UHGV virus genome: UHGV-0135983
Length of the DNA stretch: 35,851 nucleotides
Strand: one strand, 5' to 3'
DNA from: a virus
Each line of letters begins with the position of its first letter. Position 1 is the stretch's first letter. The notes under the pieces are model-generated. The model was not told the origin of the DNA. It did not search any database and saw nothing but the letters and a program-made list of their open reading frames with translations. Positions 30,425-35,851 of this stretch are shown piece after piece. The position numbers and the translations under genes were made by a program.

Positions 30425-30772
30425 GCGGGAAAGACCGCAACGAACATCCATTGCTGTGTGTAGTCTTGGCCGGGCGCCCCGGGCATTTTTTTAACACAGT
30501 AACGATTTATGCGACCCTTCAGTGAAAACTGAAGCCCTCGAAAAGAGGGACCCCGTGAGGAAAGACCAGTGAGCCTGACCAGCTCTGGCGCCGGGAAAGA
30601 CCGGGAGGAAAGACCAATGACCTACGGGCATGACCAGCCCTGACAGCCGGGAAAGACCGGCAACCTTTAGATGGCAAAAGGCCCGCACAAGGCGGGCCAG
30701 TTACCCCGAACGGTGACCAAACCATTCGGACTTATCACAAGCGACCAAGCTTGTGATGAGGAAAGACCAATG
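30425..30772 (+). repeat. ORF-poor array of repeated hairpins and RBS cassettes (possible structured RNA or regulatory array)
   Basis: CGGGAAAGACCG occurs three times (30426, 30592, 30648) and GAGGAAAGACCA three times (30557, 30605, 30758). The array holds seven stem-loops plus the terminator hairpin. It includes an imperfect tandem unit at 30557-30604 and 30605-30661. Confidence 0.55.
30470..30492 (+). terminator. Plus-strand intrinsic terminator
   Basis: The sequence is CCGGG, CGC, CCCGG, then GCATTTTTTT. The T7 run is on the + strand only. Confidence 0.5.
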
Positions 30773-30824
30773 CCGACAGAGTCAACACTGATCGGCTCTG
30801 AGTATACATCAACAAGGAGTCGCT

Positions 30825-31148
30825 ATGGAAGCGCTTACCATCCCCGTGAAGCTGTACATTCACTACATCACCAACACTTTCTCATCCGATAAATATCACG
30901 TTTCAATCTGTGACATGTCACGGAACCACCCGGACATTTATGTGCTGCTGGAAACGCGTGATATCACCATCGATATAAACCAGCCGGAACCCTTCGACCT
31001 TATAGCCTTGCAGGTTGACCAGCTGCGCAGCCAGAAAGAAAACCTTGCTGCCGACGCTCAACGCCAGATCGCCGCGGTCGATGACAAAATTCAGCAGCTG
31101 CTTTGCATCGATCATTCTCAGATTGAAGAAAGTGATATTCCCTTCTGA
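30825..31148 (+). CDS. Hypothetical protein (107 aa)
   Basis: An AAGGAG SD lies 6 nt upstream. The C-terminus is coiled-coil-like. Confidence 0.6.
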   Translation: MEALTIPVKLYIHYITNTFSSDKYHVSICDMSRNHPDIYVLLETRDITIDINQPEPFDLIALQVDQLRSQKENLAADAQRQIAAVDDKIQQLLCIDHSQIEESDIPF

Positions 31149-31155
31149 GGCGCTT

Positions 31156-31401
31156 ATGAAGAAAAATCCAGTTATCGAAAAAGTTATGGCTTCCGGCCTG
31201 TCTGTATTCGAGCATGAAAATAATAGCGACTTTGGTTCAGGAACTATGCATATCACTATTATCGGTGGTGTCCGACGCGTCGAATTCTATCCAACGACAG
31301 GCACAGTCTATGCCAATGCCGAGAAGGGAAAGTTTCCTGCATTCCGACAGAAAAAAGCCGGTATCGAAGTTGCAATCCGTCTCGCTAAATCCGGCGCCTG
31401 A
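31156..31401 (+). CDS. Hypothetical protein (81 aa)
   Basis: The ATG at 31156 follows GAGG and gives MKKNPVIEKV... Confidence 0.55.
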   Translation: MKKNPVIEKVMASGLSVFEHENNSDFGSGTMHITIIGGVRRVEFYPTTGTVYANAEKGKFPAFRQKKAGIEVAIRLAKSGA

Positions 31402-31430
31402 CCTGCGCCAGTAACTAAGAGGAAAGACCA

Positions 31431-33650
31431 ATGACCATCTACAACGGCTTATTTGAGCCAAAGAAATCGGCGATTAAAGACTGCGGCGCCGTGCAGCTGG
31501 CGATCGCCATCGATGCGCCAAACAAAAAAGTGGCCGAAAGCATTATGACCGGCAAACTCTGGGAATCATACCCGGCCAATGGTGACAACTATTTCAAACC
31601 GAAACTGTGGGAACACGTTGAAGGCCAGCCGCTGCCGACCGTTGGCCAGTTCGATGAGTCATTCGCCCAGCAGCATACTTTTGACGGTGAAAAATGGGTT
31701 TCTACTGCGCAGGATAGCGCTTCCGGAAGCAGTGCAGGTTTACCTGCCGACGATGAAGTGATCGACCTGATGACCGTTTCCGCAGAGGAACGCTTTGCTG
31801 CCGTCCTGCTTTTTAGCACCGCTGCGATTGATGGCCATCTTTATTCTCAGGTTGTGGATTATCTGGATAACCTGAAAAACCACGATGGCGAATTTGAAGA
31901 GGAAGATCGCTTTAACTTTAATGTGCTGTGCGCCCTACAAAATAACTTCCCGGTTCAAAGCATGCATGTGGAAGGTCTGAATAACCTTGTTCAGGGGATT
32001 TTCTCCCACTTTGAAAACCAGACGCCAGGCAAAGCGGCTATCTCTCAGTTCGTTAAACGCTGGCTTGAGAATCCGGGCAAGCGCGACGAACTGGCCCCCG
32101 GCGTATATAAAAATACCGCTCTCAGCACCAGCACCAGCACCAGCACCGATGATAAAACACCCGTGGTAATTTCTAAGCGGGGTTATAAACACACATATGC
32201 AACGCTGGATCAGGAGATCGCTACCGCCCTTCTCCCGCTGGCGCCTGATGCGCCGGTACTATCCGGAAACCTTCTGGACGCTAAGAAGATGATTGCCGAT
32301 GACCGGGAAGATTTTAAACGCTGGTCTGCATCGCTGCACACCACTCCGCAGATACTCAAATATGACCGCGCCAGCATCTTCGGTGTAGTGCAGAACGTAC
32401 CGGCGAAAGATACCTACCATTTCCCTGACAGCCTGCGCCGCCATATCGATTCATGGCTGGAGGCCAACGGCCGCTTTGAAGAAACCGATACAGGATCCGT
32501 TAAACAGACAGAGGCAACGCAAAATATCGCCTCAAACGTGGGCGAAAAAGCGGAAGTGCCGCAGACGGTTGTAACCGATAACCAAGCGAAACAGGCGCGT
32601 GAGGCGCTCAACGATATGGGCTATGGCGTATATGCATCTGGTGAAGGTGCGGAACCGGAAGATAAGTTAAGCGTTAAGGCTGAGAAAATAGCAGATGAAG
32701 CTGCTCGTTTGTCTCGTGATATTAACCTCAAAGATCGCATGCCAGATGCCGGAGATTTGATTCCAGCAATTCAACCAAATGAAAATATAGCCTCAAAAAA
32801 AATTGAATCATATCTATCTGAATTGAATGACGACCAGGCCAAAGCAAACCTTAGCGTCTGGAATCGCGTCCAGCGCACAGATCCGGCCTTCGTCGAAAAG
32901 AACAGTTTCGGCGCAGGGCTTCACTCAATCCGGGCGCAGTACATGCTGATGCGCGCAACGGAAGTTCTCGGAATGGAAGGAACCGGTTGGGGCGTTGATA
33001 TCAAAGAAGAGCGCATAGATCGAGGTGTGCCGCTTATGGAGCCAATACAGGACCAATCAGGAAAAATAATTGGCCAGAAACCGGTAAGGGACGGGGATGG
33101 CTCATTATTCTGTTTATCCGTACATACAATTCGGATTGAACTCTGGTACCTGCGAGACGGAAAGAAGGGGCGCATTCCGGCCTATGGACATACGGATTAC
33201 ATCACCAAGGGTGGTGATGGTGCATTAAAAATGGAGAAAGAAGCCGCCAAAAAATCACTGACTGACGCTACAACCAAAGCACTATCCCATCTCGGATTTG
33301 GTGCAGACGTGTACATGAACATGCATAACGACAACGAATACACTTCAAAATTGAATGAGATATTCGAAATCAAAAAAGCCAGCGAAAGCATAGAAGATAT
33401 AGTGCGACTTCGTCAGGAATTAGACGACGATCTTACCTCCGTTGCTGAAACCCTATCTACTGGCGTGACTGTTAACGAAGTTGAAAAGGTTTTTGGCACG
33501 ATAGCCCGAAAACTCGAAGTTCACCGCAAGGATGCAGAATCAAAAGGCGATACACAGCGCTCTCGGTACCTCAGTGGCCGGTTGCGCCGCCTGACTGAAA
33601 TCAAAAATGGACGTCTCGCCGAACTAAATAAATCCGAGGAGAAAGCATAA
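31431..33650 (+). CDS. Large fusion protein: unknown ~470-aa N-terminal region plus Rad52/Sak-type single-strand annealing domain
   Basis: The C-terminal part contains GLHSIRAQYMLMRATEVLGMEGTGWG...KEAAKKSLTDATTKALSHLGFGADVY, a Rad52-family signature. The RBS cassette lies at 31419. Confidence 0.6.
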   Translation: MTIYNGLFEPKKSAIKDCGAVQLAIAIDAPNKKVAESIMTGKLWESYPANGDNYFKPKLWEHVEGQPLPTVGQFDESFAQQHTFDGEKWVSTAQDSASGSSAGLPADDEVIDLMTVSAEERFAAVLLFSTAAIDGHLYSQVVDYLDNLKNHDGEFEEEDRFNFNVLCALQNNFPVQSMHVEGLNNLVQGIFSHFENQTPGKAAISQFVKRWLENPGKRDELAPGVYKNTALSTSTSTSTDDKTPVVISKRGYKHTYATLDQEIATALLPLAPDAPVLSGNLLDAKKMIADDREDFKRWSASLHTTPQILKYDRASIFGVVQNVPAKDTYHFPDSLRRHIDSWLEANGRFEETDTGSVKQTEATQNIASNVGEKAEVPQTVVTDNQAKQAREALNDMGYGVYASGEGAEPEDKLSVKAEKIADEAARLSRDINLKDRMPDAGDLIPAIQPNENIASKKIESYLSELNDDQAKANLSVWNRVQRTDPAFVEKNSFGAGLHSIRAQYMLMRATEVLGMEGTGWGVDIKEERIDRGVPLMEPIQDQSGKIIGQKPVRDGDGSLFCLSVHTIRIELWYLRDGKKGRIPAYGHTDYITKGGDGALKMEKEAAKKSLTDATTKALSHLGFGADVYMNMHNDNEYTSKLNEIFEIKKASESIEDIVRLRQELDDDLTSVAETLSTGVTVNEVEKVFGTIARKLEVHRKDAESKGDTQRSRYLSGRLRRLTEIKNGRLAELNKSEEKA

Positions 33651-34210
33651 TGACTTCCACTACTGCTATTGCCATCGCCGCGGACTATCAGAACCTGCTG
33701 CAACTGCTGGAAAGCTCTGATGACCTGACTCCGGAAATGATCGCCGATACCCTCGAAGGCATGGAAGGAGAGCTAGCCGATAAACTGGATTCCATCATGG
33801 TTATCGCACGTAATAACCTCGGCAATGCCAGCACCTGCGATGATGAAATAAAACGCTTGGCCGAACGTAAGAAGTTCTTTGAGAATAAGGATAAGGCTCT
33901 GCGTAAGTATATTCTCTCCTGCCTGATGGCGGCCGGGCTGGATAAGCTGAAAACGGCAAAAAACACTTTCACTGCTCGCAAAGGTAGCGTAAGCGTTGTG
34001 ATTGATAATACCGATCTTCTTCCCGATGAACTGGTGACTACCCAGGTTGTTATCGCGCCCGATAAAAAGGCCATCAAGGAAGCGATTGAATCAGCACAGG
34101 CAGCAGCGGCCCAGATTACCGCTGACGGCGGAGAGATACCGGAAGAACTGTTAAACCCAGTGCCGGGCGCTCACCTTGAGATTGGCGAACGTTCATTACA
34201 GGTGCGCTGA
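33650..34210 (+). CDS. Sipho_Gp157-family protein
   Basis: ADTLEGMEGELADKLDSI...EIKRLAERKKFFENKDKALRKYIL...KLKTAKNTFTARKG matches the family pattern. An ATGA overlap links it to the upstream gene. Confidence 0.7.
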   Translation: MTSTTAIAIAADYQNLLQLLESSDDLTPEMIADTLEGMEGELADKLDSIMVIARNNLGNASTCDDEIKRLAERKKFFENKDKALRKYILSCLMAAGLDKLKTAKNTFTARKGSVSVVIDNTDLLPDELVTTQVVIAPDKKAIKEAIESAQAAAAQITADGGEIPEELLNPVPGAHLEIGERSLQVR

Positions 34211-34211
34211 T

Positions 34212-34397
34212 ATGCTCAAAATCACCCTGAAGCGAGGGGATGCCATTCACGTTATTTTTCCTGATGGCACCAAAGGTAAGATCGAAGCCTGCGCACGTTG
34301 CGAGTTTGACTTTAATTTTCCCTATAGCGTGAAAATCACCAGAGAAAATGGCGCGCTACGGAATAAACCAAACCTGATTAAGCCTAATCAGAAATAA
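34212..34397 (+). CDS. 61-aa protein with a CsrA-like sequence pattern
   Basis: The sequence is MLKITLKRGDAIHVIF...NFPYSVKITREN. My recollection of E. coli CsrA is [15 protein letters not shown]...[12 protein letters not shown], the same 61-aa length. In an ungapped alignment L2, T5, G9, N35, P37, V40, R44 and E45 coincide. Confidence 0.4.
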   Translation: MLKITLKRGDAIHVIFPDGTKGKIEACARCEFDFNFPYSVKITRENGALRNKPNLIKPNQK

Positions 34398-34446
34398 AAA
34401 CCAACCATCGCTAGCATAGCTGCCCCTTTTGAAAACGGAGAACGCT

Positions 34447-34641
34447 ATGCTGCGATGGCAACCGGGAGCTGTATTGCTCTCAGATTTCGATATCAAGATT
34501 GGCCGGTTATCCGCCAGCGTACGAAAGAAGACCCTGACCAGGACTGAAATCGAACGCGCATGCGAAGAAGCTGATAACGCGATCGCCGGCATGATGAGGA
34601 AAGACCATGGTCAGAAAAAACGACCTTCTCACCGACGCTGA
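34447..34641 (+). CDS. Hypothetical small protein
   Basis: The ATG at 34447 follows GGAG. It overlaps the next gene by 35 nt, so support is weak. Confidence 0.3.
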   Translation: MLRWQPGAVLLSDFDIKIGRLSASVRKKTLTRTEIERACEEADNAIAGMMRKDHGQKKRPSHRR

Positions 34642-34831
34642 GATGATTGAATTTACAGGTTGTAAACAACCAATCAAACAAAAAGAGGTTCTAGATCGTG
34701 GAGGTGTCTCATACATACAGGATAGAGAGGGGCGCCCTATGGTTACCTGGACGCATATTAATGCAGTTCTGAATGGACAAATAACCATCCAATTAGGCAG
34801 CGAAGAAAAACCAAATTTTGAGGCGATATAG
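34607..34831 (+). CDS. DUF4224-type protein, a likely excisionase or recombination directionality factor
   Basis: LLTDAEMIEFTGCKQPIKQKEVLDRGGVSYIQDREGRPMVTW fits the DUF4224 pattern. It lies immediately upstream of int (TAGATG junction). Confidence 0.6.
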   Translation: MVRKNDLLTDAEMIEFTGCKQPIKQKEVLDRGGVSYIQDREGRPMVTWTHINAVLNGQITIQLGSEEKPNFEAI

Positions 34832-35851
34832 ATGGGAAGGAGAAGAAAAGATCCAACAGATAATAAATTGCCACCTCGTGTTTCAAAAACCAAAACTCGG
34901 TATTACTACAAACCCACAGCACGAGAAACTATAACGCTAGGGCCAATAACTCTTTCAATGTCTGCATTGTGGAAACGTTATGAGGAAGAAAGACGAAATC
35001 ACTCAGGAGTAATGACGTTTGAAAAGCTCTGGGGAATGTTTTTAAAGAGCGCCTATTACACCGAACTCGCAATTCGTACCCAAAAAGATTATTTGCAACA
35101 TCAAAAAAAATTATTAGTCGTTTTTGGAAAAATGAAAGCTGATCTTATCAAGCCCGAAGAAGTTCGCCAGTTTATGGATCGACGTGGCCTAAAAAGCAAA
35201 AATCAGGCTAATCAGGAAATGAGTAGTATGTCGAGGGTGTTTCGATGGGGTTTTGAACGTGGTTATGTAAAAGGCAACCCATGTGCCGGGGTTAGTAAGT
35301 TTTCGTTAAAGGCACGTGAACAATATATTACCGATGAAGATTATCTGGTTATCTATAAAAATGCTGATTCAGTTGTGCGGGCTGCAATGGAAATATCATA
35401 CCTGTGTGCTGCCCGCCAGGCTGACGTGTTGGGATTGTGCTGGATGCAGATAACAGACAAAGGGATATTCATTCAACAGGGTAAGACGGGGAAAAAGCAG
35501 ATCAAGGTCTGGACCCCTCGCCTTCATCAAGCCTTCGTTACGGCACAAATAGATTGCCCCAAACTGTCTGCTAACGGACTAGTGATCTACAACAACGATA
35601 AAGGCCAGTTTATCCGTAAGACGTTCAATAATCGCTGGCTTAAAGCCGTACGCGCAGCACAAAACGAATTGGGGCGACAACTGGACTATACATTTCACGA
35701 TATCAAAGCGAAGGGGATTTCAGATTTCGAGGGTAGCAGTAAGGACAAGCAGATGTTCAGTGGCCACAAGACGGAAAGTCAGGTTCTGGTGTATGACAGA
35801 AAGGTACAAATAAGCCCTACTTTGAATCTACCCGTAATTGGCGGTGATTGA
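34832..35851 (+). CDS. int: Tyrosine integrase (lambda Int family)
   Basis: It has an arm-binding-type N-terminus. The C-terminal catalytic region contains ...RQADVLGL...HDIKAKG...GHKTESQVLVYDR. The stop codon is the last triplet of the window. Confidence 0.9.
   Translation: MGRRRKDPTDNKLPPRVSKTKTRYYYKPTARETITLGPITLSMSALWKRYEEERRNHSGVMTFEKLWGMFLKSAYYTELAIRTQKDYLQHQKKLLVVFGKMKADLIKPEEVRQFMDRRGLKSKNQANQEMSSMSRVFRWGFERGYVKGNPCAGVSKFSLKAREQYITDEDYLVIYKNADSVVRAAMEISYLCAARQADVLGLCWMQITDKGIFIQQGKTGKKQIKVWTPRLHQAFVTAQIDCPKLSANGLVIYNNDKGQFIRKTFNNRWLKAVRAAQNELGRQLDYTFHDIKAKGISDFEGSSKDKQMFSGHKTESQVLVYDRKVQISPTLNLPVIGGD

Larger units (their letters stand above)
1..35851. mobile_element. Near-complete integrated temperate podovirus-like prophage. 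Modules: integration, recombination, immunity, replication, T7-like virion module, terminase, tail fibre, lysis.
   Basis: Contiguous phage modules fill the whole window. Integrase sits at the right edge and the lysis cassette at the left edge. The att sites are not visible and probably lie outside the window. Confidence 0.85.

Overview
The window is essentially one integrated temperate phage of about 36 kb in an enterobacterial-type genome. All coordinates were derived by hand, so treat them as +/-1-3 nt.

Gene layout, right to left:
- Right end (+ strand): a tyrosine integrase (34832-35851). Upstream of it lie a DUF4224/excisionase-like gene, a 61-aa CsrA-like mini-protein, a Sipho_Gp157-family gene and a 739-aa Rad52-type annealase fusion.
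- Immunity switch (29065-29805): a Cro/YdaS-like gene diverges from a short XRE repressor that has no S24 autocleavage domain. TAAC-N4-GTTA operators sit between them.
- Minus-strand early operon: CII/YdaT-like gene, replication initiator with internal iterons, DnaB, an AT-rich PD-(D/E)XK nuclease-like gene coupled to an MT-A70 methylase, a Dam-type methylase, a small gene behind a near-consensus LexA box, DUF1367, a Ref-like HNH nuclease and a small HTH protein.
- T7-like virion module with no phage RNA polymerase: portal, scaffold, capsid, tail tubular A and B, a GNAT, three internal virion proteins (one with an SLT domain), small and large terminase, and a gp17-like tail fibre with an SGNH esterase domain.
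- Lysis cassette of phage-21 type: pinholin, SAR endolysin, Rz and embedded Rz1.

Non-gene signals of most interest:
1. A five-copy dyad (GGTCRGGATTCCGACC) with a -10-like hexamer exactly 12 nt downstream heads each late gene block.
2. At three of these sites the promoter core doubles as the 5' arm of a hairpin that would sequester the downstream RBS or form a terminator only in read-through transcripts.
3. A conserved translation-initiation cassette, GAGGAAAGACCA(A)TG, occurs at seven positions in both early arms.
4. An ORF-poor 350-bp array (30425-30772) carries two hairpin families with invariant loops (GAAAGA and YTGACCA) and differing, compensatory stems.
5. Autonomous AT-rich morons are present, notably a 294-aa membrane plus coiled-coil protein wedged between the scaffold and capsid genes.

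No rRNA, tRNA or CRISPR array was seen.
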